A stretch of 64,000 bases of DNA from assembly GCA_947464135.1 (NCBI GenBank), contig CANHVK010000003.1, positions 1,223 through 65,222 of the forward strand, given 5' to 3'. Origin of the DNA: Flavobacteriia bacterium (GTDB lineage Bacteria; Bacteroidota; Bacteroidia; Flavobacteriales_D; Crocinitomicaceae). Below, piece after piece: positions 19,619 through 27,966 of the stretch (position 1 is the first letter of the stretch; each line of letters opens with the position of its first letter). Both the position numbers and the translations under genes were made by a program. The notes under the pieces are model-generated. The model was not told the origin of the DNA, ran no database searches, and saw nothing but the letters and a program-made list of their open reading frames with translations.

Positions 19619-22600
19619 ATGTCAAGATTTCAAAATGTGATAAAAAAATATGGTCTGTTGTTAGCAACAGCAATTTCTTTTGTCCTTTTTTTAATCCACA
19701 ACCAATATGTTTTTCGTTCAGATTTCTCACCTGAAATTGAAAATTATCAAGAAAAATTCAGAAAAAAAATTGACGAATTAGACCAATTTTTAACCTACAA
19801 AAAACAACATTTTTCTGATAAAAACATCTCGATTTTGAACCGAGAAGACCTCGAAGAAAACAGTTTTTTTCTACATATTTATCGTAACGATTCGCTTCTT
19901 TTTTGGAATACTAATCAACTTCCTGTATCTCGTTTTTCAGATTTTCACTACCCAACAGAAGGAATATTTCACCTTCAAAATGGGTGGTATTTTGCCAAAA
20001 TATTAAAGGTAAAAAACGTTCAATTAGTAGGTAGTTTTCTAATCAAAAAAGATTATCCATACGAAAATTTACACTTAAAAAACACCTACAATCCGGAGTT
20101 ATTTTTGCCCTTTCGAGCGAACATAATTTTAGAAAAAGACAACGCTTACCCAATTTATTCGAAAGATAAAAAATTACTTTTTGCGTGGTATGTTCTACCC
20201 AATCAATCGATTTCTTCACTCGATAGCGACCTCCTTTTTTGCTCCTTTTTATTGTTCTTTTGTATTGCATTTTTTACGCTTTATAAATTTCAAAAAAGAC
20301 TGAACCAACCTTTCTTTTGGATATTAATTTCAACAGTTATTCTTGCACGTATAGCAAGTATAAAATGGCATTGGTTTGTCTTCCTTAAAGGTATCACAGC
20401 CTTTGATCCAAACCTGTTTTCAAATTCAGAATGGGCGCCGAATTTCGCTGAATTTATTTTACATTGCATTATTGTTTTTTGGGTTATTTTCGCAATTATT
20501 AATTATATTAAGCGATTTAATATTGAATTTATTCCAAAATGGACAGGAATTTTATTATTAAATTTTGCGGTATTTTATTCCTTCTTTTTAGGAGAAGCTT
20601 ACCGTGGTTTAATTCAAAATTCATCCATTCCACTAAAAATAGAAAACTTATTTGAGTTAAATTTTTACTCCTTTTTGACCTTCGTTTCGATGGGACTTTT
20701 GTTTTTTGCTTATGTTCAATTTTTGCGAAATACACTTATCCTTATCATCGAACAAGGAACTAAAAAATCGACTGTGATTTTATTTTGGTTGGCCGCAACA
20801 TTAGGTTGTATTCTTCTCGATATGACTTTCGGAAATCAACAAATCTCACTCCTATTATTACTGTCACTCATTTCTCTTTTGATTATTTATTTCACCTTCC
20901 GACAAGGAGAAAAAATTGCGTTCGGTTACGGCGTTTTTCTGCTCTTTTTATTTTCCTTTTTCGTAGCATTAAACCTCGAAGTTTTTCACACCAAAAAAGA
21001 AAATACAGAACGTGAACTTTTAGCCAAAAAAATGGCATCCGATCAAGACATTTCATCCGAAGCAGAATTTCTTTCCTTGTCAAAAAAAATAGAAGAAGAA
21101 AAATATGTTCAATTGATTTTAGAGCGAAAAATCCGACTGGGAATTTCAGAATTCAAAGAGAATATGGAGCGCCGTTTTTTTAATGGATTTTGGGAACGAT
21201 ATGACTCTGAATTTTACCTCTACGATAACGCAAAAAATTCTCTCATTAATTACAACGAAATTCAATCTACCAATCTCGAAAAACTCGAAGTAATTATCAA
21301 CAGACATAGCCTACCTTCAGAAATGGATGGCCGAATGTTTTACATCAAAGATTACACTTCGCAGTATAGTTATATCATCCGAATGGATATCAAAAATGAA
21401 AATAATGAAACCATCGGAACATTATATTGCGCCTTAAAATCGAAAAAAATTCCAGAGAAAATTGGTTTCCCACGTCTGCTCATTTCAGGTGAAGCAAACG
21501 TAATTGAGCCACTCGAAAAATATTCCATCGCGAAATATTATGACGGAAAACTCGTCAGTCATAACGGTAAATTTTCATACCCTTCTGAAGACTTCGGTTT
21601 GACCAATAATACACCCACAAAAGTTGGATATTATGACAACGGTGGATATAACCATTATTTGCTCCGAAAAAATTATTTAGACCTCATCGTTCTATCGTTA
21701 CCAAACACAAATACGCTACACTGGTTCACGACCTGTTCATACTTATTTAGTTTCTTTGGATTGTTTCTTCTCATTCCACTTTCCATTCGCCGACGCAAAG
21801 AAATTTTTTATTTCAAACAATTCTCATTAGCTATCCGCATTCAAATTGTATTAATCGGATTGGTATTTGTGACCCTTTTAGTTTTTGGTTTGGGTAGTGG
21901 TTCATTCGTTACCAATAAATACAAAGAATACACCAATGAGATGATTCGTGAAAAAATACGTTCATTGGAAAGAGATATGAAACAAAAATATGGTTCCAAA
22001 ACAGATTTAACAATTGAGCAAAACGGAGATGCCTTAGAATTCGTTCTTCAAAAACTTGCTTCAGTGTTTGTTACAGATATCAATATGTATGACCAGCAAG
22101 GTTTTTTGTTAGCGAGTTCTAGACCAAAAATTTTTAACATCGGATTGCTTTCCGAACAAATAAACCCGAAAGCTCTTTTTGAATTAAATCAGTTCAGAAA
22201 ATCAGAATACATCCACGAAGAAACTATTGGTAACCTGCAATTCTTATCAGCATATTTACCGCTTTACAATAACGAAGGAAATCTATTGGCATTTATCAAC
22301 CTACAGCATTTTGGTCAACAACAGGGAGTAGAATTTCAAATCAAACAATTCTTGGAAGCCATTATGAATGTTTCCATTCTTCTATTAGCGCTTTCGGTAT
22401 TATTTGCCTTATTCGTTTCCACGTGGGTAACATCACCGTTGCGGGCTTTAAGACAAAGTTTCTCTAATTTACAATTAGGACAATATAATAAACCCGTATT
22501 TTATGGCGCAAAAGATGAAATTGGAGCGCTTGTAGATGATTACAATACAAAACTGAAGGAATTAGCCACTACCACACAAAAACTCGCTCAAAGCGAACGT

Positions 22601-23290
22601 GAAAGTGCTTGGCGTGAAATGGCGAAGCAAGTTGCCCATGAGATTAAAAATCCACTTACTCCAATGAAGTTGAGCTTGCAACAATTACAACGTGTTTACG
22701 ACCCAGAAAATCCGATTTCTAAAGAACAACTGAACCGTATTTCAGCTTCGCTTATTGAACAAATTGACACATTAGCAAAAATCGCAAATGAATTCTCAAA
22801 CTTTGCCAAATTACCAAAAGCCAATGTCCAAAAATTAGATGTTATTACCCTTTTGGAAAGTGTTATCACGTTTTTCAGACAAGAAGATAAAGTTCATATC
22901 ACCTTTGAAAACACCTTTAAAGAAGCGTATATTTCAGGAGATAAAGATTTGTTATTACGTGTATTTAATAACCTCATCACAAATGCAATACAAGCTATCC
23001 CTTCAGAAAATTCAGGTCAAATCAATATTGGTTTACAATGGAAAGAAGAAAGTTGGATTATTTCAATTCAAGACAATGGCGCTGGCATTTCTGAAGAAGC
23101 ACAAGCCTCTATTTTTGTTCCATACTTTACCACCAAAACAACTGGAACAGGACTTGGATTAGCAATGACCAAACAAATCATTGAACAACATCACGGAAGT
23201 ATTTGGTTCGAAACCCAACAAGGAGCAGGAACCACGTTCTATGTGCAATTGAAAAGGGAAGACCTATCTCCTCCCTTGAGGGAGGATTAA
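19619..23290 (+). CDS. large multi-TM sensor histidine kinase (HAMP-HisKA-HATPase), orphan
   Basis: H-box HEIKNPLTP, N-box NLITNAIQA, G1 DNGAGI, G2 GTGLGLAM. About 950 aa of polytopic/periplasmic sensor region. The last 9 codons lie inside a repeat element. Confidence 0.9.
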   Translation: MSRFQNVIKKYGLLLATAISFVLFLIHNQYVFRSDFSPEIENYQEKFRKKIDELDQFLTYKKQHFSDKNISILNREDLEENSFFLHIYRNDSLLFWNTNQLPVSRFSDFHYPTEGIFHLQNGWYFAKILKVKNVQLVGSFLIKKDYPYENLHLKNTYNPELFLPFRANIILEKDNAYPIYSKDKKLLFAWYVLPNQSISSLDSDLLFCSFLLFFCIAFFTLYKFQKRLNQPFFWILISTVILARIASIKWHWFVFLKGITAFDPNLFSNSEWAPNFAEFILHCIIVFWVIFAIINYIKRFNIEFIPKWTGILLLNFAVFYSFFLGEAYRGLIQNSSIPLKIENLFELNFYSFLTFVSMGLLFFAYVQFLRNTLILIIEQGTKKSTVILFWLAATLGCILLDMTFGNQQISLLLLLSLISLLIIYFTFRQGEKIAFGYGVFLLFLFSFFVALNLEVFHTKKENTERELLAKKMASDQDISSEAEFLSLSKKIEEEKYVQLILERKIRLGISEFKENMERRFFNGFWERYDSEFYLYDNAKNSLINYNEIQSTNLEKLEVIINRHSLPSEMDGRMFYIKDYTSQYSYIIRMDIKNENNETIGTLYCALKSKKIPEKIGFPRLLISGEANVIEPLEKYSIAKYYDGKLVSHNGKFSYPSEDFGLTNNTPTKVGYYDNGGYNHYLLRKNYLDLIVLSLPNTNTLHWFTTCSYLFSFFGLFLLIPLSIRRRKEIFYFKQFSLAIRIQIVLIGLVFVTLLVFGLGSGSFVTNKYKEYTNEMIREKIRSLERDMKQKYGSKTDLTIEQNGDALEFVLQKLASVFVTDINMYDQQGFLLASSRPKIFNIGLLSEQINPKALFELNQFRKSEYIHEETIGNLQFLSAYLPLYNNEGNLLAFINLQHFGQQQGVEFQIKQFLEAIMNVSILLLALSVLFALFVSTWVTSPLRALRQSFSNLQLGQYNKPVFYGAKDEIGALVDDYNTKLKELATTTQKLAQSERESAWREMAKQVAHEIKNPLTPMKLSLQQLQRVYDPENPISKEQLNRISASLIEQIDTLAKIANEFSNFAKLPKANVQKLDVITLLESVITFFRQEDKVHITFENTFKEAYISGDKDLLLRVFNNLITNAIQAIPSENSGQINIGLQWKEESWIISIQDNGAGISEEAQASIFVPYFTTKTTGTGLGLAMTKQIIEQHHGSIWFETQQGAGTTFYVQLKREDLSPPLRED

Positions 23291-23346
23291 GGAGGGTGAA
23301 AATATGAAATTAGGTCACCTCCCCTACCCCTCCTCAAGGAGGGAAG
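23267..23346. repeat. GC-rich palindromic element locus (2 arms, tail-to-tail)
   Basis: TCTCCTCCCTTGAGGGAGGATTAAGGAGGGTGA (23267-23299), a 15-nt spacer, then TCACCTCCCCTACCCCTCCTCAAGGAGGGAAG (23315-23346). Confidence 0.9.
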
Positions 23347-23368
23347 ACGATAAAACCCAAGATTTCAA

Positions 23369-23836
23369 CTATTCCTCCTCAATCTCTATCGCATTTCGAA
23401 CGTGTTCTTCGAATACTGTTAAATCTTCAAAATGGGTAAGTTGTACTCCTTTGTTTGTTTCATCTAATTCTTGTATGATCTCCAACAATAATTCCAACGG
23501 GTCAACTTCATAACCAAATAAGTTACGATCAAAATTTGTTCCTACCAACAAACCATCGTTACTCATTCCTATGCACCAGTTTTCAAGAAACTCTGCTAAA
23601 GGAATTACAGTAATTTGATATCCAGACCATTCAGCGTTAATACAAGCATTTGCTAAAGACTTATCCGACCAAAAACAAAGCACATCTAACGGATTGTCTT
23701 CTTCATCTACTAATTCATTGGAATAAGAGGTAGCAAAACCATCTTCGCCTTCTAACGCATACACGATTTCATTTGCACAAATAGTTTGTATAAATTTTTC
23801 GTGACGTTGTTTTAATGTTTGTTCGTTTTGGGTCAT
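23369..23836 (-). CDS. DUF2750-like protein
   Basis: EIVYALEGEDGFAT...CFWSDKSLANACI..EWSGYQITVIPLAEFLENWCIGMSNDGLLVGTNF matches my recollection of DUF2750. Confidence 0.6.
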   Translation of the reverse strand: MTQNEQTLKQRHEKFIQTICANEIVYALEGEDGFATSYSNELVDEEDNPLDVLCFWSDKSLANACINAEWSGYQITVIPLAEFLENWCIGMSNDGLLVGTNFDRNLFGYEVDPLELLLEIIQELDETNKGVQLTHFEDLTVFEEHVRNAIEIEEE

Positions 23837-23855
23837 AGTTTAGGCGTTAGGTAAA

Positions 23856-23863
23856 CAAATATA
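23856..23863 (-). promoter_or_regulatory. candidate -7 box TATATTTG for the DUF2750 gene
   Basis: Plus strand CAAATATA, 20 nt from ATG 23836. Confidence 0.45.
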
Positions 23864-23896
23864 GTTGTAAAAATATAGAAAAGAGAGATTTGTATT

Positions 23897-23974
23897 ATCC
23901 TCCCTCTGTGTCTCCCTCCAGAGGGAGGGGTCGAAAATGTGTTTCCCCCTTAGGAGGGGGAGAAAGGGGGAGGA
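23897..23974. repeat. GC-rich palindromic element locus (2 diverged arms)
   Basis: TCCTCCCTCTGTGTCTCCCTCCAGAGGGAGGGGTCGA, then TTTCCCCCTTAGGAGGGGGAGAAAGGGGGAGGA. Same tail-plus-hairpin architecture as the other loci. Confidence 0.7.
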
Positions 23975-23977
23975 TTT

Positions 23978-24703
23978 TTACTTTTTCTCAAAAAACCACC
24001 ATTTAGGTTTGAAAGATTGTTTTTGTTCAAAACGATCTTTAATTACTTTATTGATATGTGTCATTCCTTCTTGCACATCATCTGTTATTTTAAGCATCTC
24101 TAAATCTTTACTATCAATCGTTTGCTCATCTGCCATTAAATGTAATTGATCAACAAGGGGTTGCCAGTATTCTTTTCCAAATAACACAATCGGAAATTGT
24201 TTGATTTTATCTGTTTGTATCAAGGTGATTACTTCAAACATTTCATCCATTGTTCCAAAACCACCTGGTAAAACAACAAACGCATACGAATACTTGATTA
24301 GCAACACCTTTCTTACAAAAAAGTGATTAAAACTCAATACCACATCCAAATATGGATTCGGCTTTTGTTCCATTGGTAGCACGATATTACACCCTACTGA
24401 AAAGCCATTTTCATCTTTTGCTCCACGGTTTGCTGCCTCCATAATTCCTGGACCACCACCCGTCATTACCGCAAAATCAGATTTGGCAATCTCACGACCA
24501 AATTCTCGTGCACGTTGGTAATATGGATGTTCTTCATTGAATCGAGCCGAACCAAAAACAGTGATACAAGGACCAACAAAATGTAACTTTCTAAATCCTC
24601 GGATAAATTCAGCCGTAATTTGTAATACGTGAGTAAATTCAGTCCATCTCGAAGAAGGTCCTTTCAAAAACTGACGTTCTCGTTTTACAACATTATTTGG
24701 CAT
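23978..24703 (-). CDS. LOG-family / TIGR00730 Rossmann-fold nucleotide N-glycosidase-like protein
   Basis: TGGGPGIMEAANRG and the signature LPGGFGTMDEMFE (PGGxGTxxE). Confidence 0.85.
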   Translation of the reverse strand: MPNNVVKRERQFLKGPSSRWTEFTHVLQITAEFIRGFRKLHFVGPCITVFGSARFNEEHPYYQRAREFGREIAKSDFAVMTGGGPGIMEAANRGAKDENGFSVGCNIVLPMEQKPNPYLDVVLSFNHFFVRKVLLIKYSYAFVVLPGGFGTMDEMFEVITLIQTDKIKQFPIVLFGKEYWQPLVDQLHLMADEQTIDSKDLEMLKITDDVQEGMTHINKVIKDRFEQKQSFKPKWWFFEKK

Positions 24704-24716
24704 ACACTTGAGTTGG

Positions 24717-25994
24717 TTAAGGAATTAAAATTACGAAATCGTTTACAATTCGATGAATGATAGTTGTCGGGATATTATATTCTTTCATTTTGAGCGCACA
24801 AAAATCTATCCCTGCCTGGACATCTAACACCAACTGCTTGGGATTTTTAATCGTATAATTATCAGCAAATACCTCTATATCTTTCCATACAATATCCATT
24901 CTTTTTCCATTAATTGATAATGCACGACTAATTCGAGTGTAATTAATCAACGGATTTAAAGCATAGGTAACATCATAAGCAGGTGCTAAGTTCCATTGGT
25001 TACTTTTCGAATTGTAAATAAACGAATGATTTTTTAAGTGGTCATCCGTATTACAAAAAACAACATTGAAAATCATTCGTTTAAACAACTCTTCGATTTC
25101 AGCATAGGGTAATTTTAAGAATATCGCTAAATCAAATAGATTTTCATAACTCGAAACATCAGGTTGTTTAAAATCCCACCCTGTCAGACCTGTTGCAGTT
25201 AAGACGTGTTTTTTTTCTCCGTGTTGTCTGTCAAATCGTTGCGTAGCAAAATGCTTATCATCAATTAATTTAGAAGGCATTATATGAATACCTATTTCCT
25301 TTAATGTTAGATAATAACAATATTCTACCACTTCTCGTTGAAATGAAATTTCTTCAGATAATCCTAATTTTACAAGGTAATGCTCAAAATCAGCTGAATA
25401 AGAAATATCACCAGGAATAATTTGACCCGTCCTTTTGTTTTCAGCAATTAACACTTTTGGACGCACTCCACCAGCAGATGAACCAATTTTAAAAAGGGTC
25501 AACAATGCTTCGTGATTCAAGGCTTTTAAGGTAGTCTGTTCCTTTTGCTCTAAAATTTGTTCAACCAACGACACCATTTCATTCAACTGAACCATCGTAA
25601 TTGATGCCGTTTCTTTGGCGGGATAATATTCAAGTGCACCCATACCACGATTTGAAACATACGAAAGTTGTTCTAATACAGAAAGATGGTTAAACTTTTG
25701 AGTTGAATTCTCTATCCATTGTTTGAAGATAATATTACCAAATAAATCAGGGAGTGAATCCGCAAACATAGGTGGAATACCCCGAAATGTATCATTATTA
25801 AATTGAGAAAAAACCTGCACTGAATTAGTTCTTTTCAAAATTCCAGTTAATGGAAACAATTCTGAATAGCGGTTATCGTTTAAAAAATCAGGATTATATT
25901 GAAAGTAAGATTTATATTGATGTTCGTCAACATTTAATTTCCCTATTTCTTGACCAAAACAAAAAACAGACAAGGTGTTTATCTTATTCATCAT
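24717..25994 (-). CDS. hipA: HipA-family serine/threonine kinase toxin (full length)
   Basis: N-terminal coupling domain. P-loop-like GSSAGGVRPK. Catalytic DDHLKNHSF. 425 aa. It begins 5 nt after an HTH gene. Confidence 0.9.
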   Translation of the reverse strand: MMNKINTLSVFCFGQEIGKLNVDEHQYKSYFQYNPDFLNDNRYSELFPLTGILKRTNSVQVFSQFNNDTFRGIPPMFADSLPDLFGNIIFKQWIENSTQKFNHLSVLEQLSYVSNRGMGALEYYPAKETASITMVQLNEMVSLVEQILEQKEQTTLKALNHEALLTLFKIGSSAGGVRPKVLIAENKRTGQIIPGDISYSADFEHYLVKLGLSEEISFQREVVEYCYYLTLKEIGIHIMPSKLIDDKHFATQRFDRQHGEKKHVLTATGLTGWDFKQPDVSSYENLFDLAIFLKLPYAEIEELFKRMIFNVVFCNTDDHLKNHSFIYNSKSNQWNLAPAYDVTYALNPLINYTRISRALSINGKRMDIVWKDIEVFADNYTIKNPKQLVLDVQAGIDFCALKMKEYNIPTTIIHRIVNDFVILIP

Positions 25995-25999
25995 TTTAA

Positions 26000-26269
26000 C
26001 TAATATAAGGATGTAATTGTTTCCTGTTCAGACCTACGTTCTAGAATAAACTGATGTAATTCAGTCATTTTATCAAAGTGCAACAAAACCTTTAACATAG
26101 TGTCAATTGTAAAATTTTTACCAGATTCAACATTCTGTATAGTCAACCGCGAAACATTTAATTTATCCGCCAATTCTTGTTGTGATAATTTTTCTTGTTT
26201 ACGCAATGCTTTTATCCATAAACCGATTTCGATTTTACAATCTTTAATTTTTAATGGTTTCAAAAACAT
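26000..26269 (-). CDS. hipB: XRE-family HTH antitoxin HipB-like
   Basis: LRKQEKLSQQELADKLNVSRLTIQNVESGK helix-turn-helix. ATG 26269 sits 19 nt downstream of a -7 box (the track start at 26290 is TTG inside the promoter). Confidence 0.85.
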   Translation of the reverse strand: MFLKPLKIKDCKIEIGLWIKALRKQEKLSQQELADKLNVSRLTIQNVESGKNFTIDTMLKVLLHFDKMTELHQFILERRSEQETITSLY

Positions 26270-26277
26270 AATGCATA

Positions 26278-26298
26278 TTATATATGTCAAATATATAA
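26278..26298. promoter_or_regulatory. perfect inverted repeat TTATATAT-GTCAA-ATATATAA overlapping the hipB -7 box (candidate HipB operator)
   Basis: 8-bp arms read directly from the sequence. The palindrome overlaps CAAATATA at 26288-26295. Confidence 0.45.
26288..26295 (-). promoter_or_regulatory. candidate -7 box TATATTTG for hipBA
   Basis: Plus strand CAAATATA, 19 nt from ATG 26269. Confidence 0.5.
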
Positions 26299-26372
26299 AT
26301 ATTAAAATAAAATGTATAATATAATTTACAATTTTAATGTATAATTTATTTACGTATTGCTATTTTTAAAAT

Positions 26373-26432
26373 AGTTTTTATGGGTATAACCCTAAAAACT
26401 TTTTGTTTTAGATACTTTTTAGGGTTGTAATC
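26373..26432. repeat. GGGTATAACCC-type repeat; 26373-26398 is identical to 1178-1203, with an 11-bp inverted partner
   Basis: AGTTTTTATGGGTATAACCCTAAAAA, followed by AACCCTAAAAA-N17-TTTTTAGGGTT. Confidence 0.8.
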
Positions 26433-26446
26433 TATTTTTGTATTAG

Positions 26447-26468
26447 AAAGGGGACAAAGGGGGATGAC
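26447..26468. repeat. tail fragment of the GC-rich element
   Basis: AAAGGGGACAAAGGGGGATGAC resembles the AAAGGGGGAGGA / AAAAGGGGATGACA tails at 23963 and 29353. No hairpin is present. Confidence 0.4.
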
Positions 26469-26661
26469 ACAACGTATTTAACACTAAAAAAAATTAATCC
26501 ACTCGTTTACACTTCCTTTTTTAAAAATTTTTATCTTTGATTTAATCTCAAAAGAGAGAGATTTATTTAAAAAAATAGCGTTTGCTAAACAACCTGTCCC
26601 ACGCTTTTTTATTTGTTTTATTTTTTTCTACTGAGGGACGAGTAGACTTAATAAATTCTTT

Positions 26662-27906
26662 ATGGTAAAAAAAATCCTTTTTTTAATGTCAATGAGCTTT
26701 GGAATAATCCTACCAACGATAGCTCAAAAAATTCCTTCGTATGTGCCTACCAATGGGTTAGTTGGTTGGTGGCCTTTTAATGGAAATGCGAATGATGAAA
26801 GTGGAAATGGAAACCACGGAACAGTGAATGGAGCTACGTTGACTGCAGATAGGAATGGAGAATCGAACAAAGCTTACAGTTTTAATGGTATTAATAATTT
26901 TATTGAAATTAAAGATTTTGATAATTTAGATAACAAAACTGAAGCAACTTTTTCGATTTGGGTAAAGTCTACTAATTCTTATAGCCCATTTTGCAAATCT
27001 AGCAACACAATGCTAGGAGATTTTCGAATTCAGGGAAACACAAATTCACTTTCTTTAATATATAACGGTCAAGAATATATTTTTAATGGAATAAATGGAT
27101 TTAAAAACCAAGATTGGAATCATTTTATTATCAAAATTCAAAATATGATACCAATTTTATACCTAAACAATATATCAATTACTAAATATAGTTTTGGTGT
27201 AAAATTTGGAATAGATAGGACAACGTCCTTAAAAATTGGATCAGATCCTTGGGGTAATATGGAATATCATTCAGGCCAAATCGACGACATAGCCATTTAC
27301 AACCGCGCTTTAACCCAAGAAGAAATCACCAATCTTTACAAAGGTTGTGCTAAAGAAACAGCAACTTTAAATCCAACGAATGGTGTTGTCTTAAAAAATG
27401 CTTCACCAATTACATTGAGTGCTTCACCAGCTGGTGGTGTGTTTGCAGGAGAGGCGATTGCAAATGGTCAGTTTGCACCTGCAAAAGCTAATTTAGGAAC
27501 GAATACAGTGAACTATCGCTTTACAAATAGTACGGGTTGTCAAGATACTACACAATTTAAAGTAATGGTATACGATACTTTAGGAAACGTTTGTTCAAGT
27601 ACAGACACTCTAAAAATCAAAGTAAAACTTACCACAGGTGTTTATTCAAACCAAACTACTAATTTATCGGTGTATCCTAATCCAACATCGGATGTGTTAA
27701 TCATTGATGCATCGGATGTTAAAACATTATCAGGATACAGTTACCGTATCTTAGACATCCAAGGAAAAGAAGTTTACAAAGCAGTTGTTTCTAACGCTAA
27801 AACTGAAATTTCGCTAAAAACAATAGGAACGAAAGGTGTGTATATTCTGCACATTTTGGATGCAAATAATACATCTATTGAAAACAAAAAAATTGTATTG
27901 GAATAA
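26662..27906 (+). CDS. LamG-domain secreted protein with T9SS C-terminal sorting domain
   Basis: Signal peptide. LamG motif GQIDDIAIYNRALTQEEITNLY. C-terminal LSVYPNPTSDVLIID...GVYILHILD CTD. Confidence 0.85.
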   Translation: MVKKILFLMSMSFGIILPTIAQKIPSYVPTNGLVGWWPFNGNANDESGNGNHGTVNGATLTADRNGESNKAYSFNGINNFIEIKDFDNLDNKTEATFSIWVKSTNSYSPFCKSSNTMLGDFRIQGNTNSLSLIYNGQEYIFNGINGFKNQDWNHFIIKIQNMIPILYLNNISITKYSFGVKFGIDRTTSLKIGSDPWGNMEYHSGQIDDIAIYNRALTQEEITNLYKGCAKETATLNPTNGVVLKNASPITLSASPAGGVFAGEAIANGQFAPAKANLGTNTVNYRFTNSTGCQDTTQFKVMVYDTLGNVCSSTDTLKIKVKLTTGVYSNQTTNLSVYPNPTSDVLIIDASDVKTLSGYSYRILDIQGKEVYKAVVSNAKTEISLKTIGTKGVYILHILDANNTSIENKKIVLE

Positions 27907-27930
27907 TTCCGTTCTTTCATCATATTTCAA

Positions 27931-27966
27931 AACGCTTCACAGATTTGTGAGGCGTTTTTTGTTTTT
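27931..27966 (+). terminator. rho-independent terminator after the LamG gene
   Basis: 11-bp stem AACGCTTCACA/TGTGAGGCGTT, loop GATT, then TTTTTGTTTTT. Confidence 0.8.

Noticed and set aside
23304-23513. 69-aa ORF starting in the repeat element (MKLGHLPYPSSRRED...), and the ORF at 23937-24149 (MCFPLRRGRKGEDF...)
   Set aside because: Their N-termini are translations of the GC-rich palindromic elements. The remainder is antisense to the DUF2750 and LOG genes.
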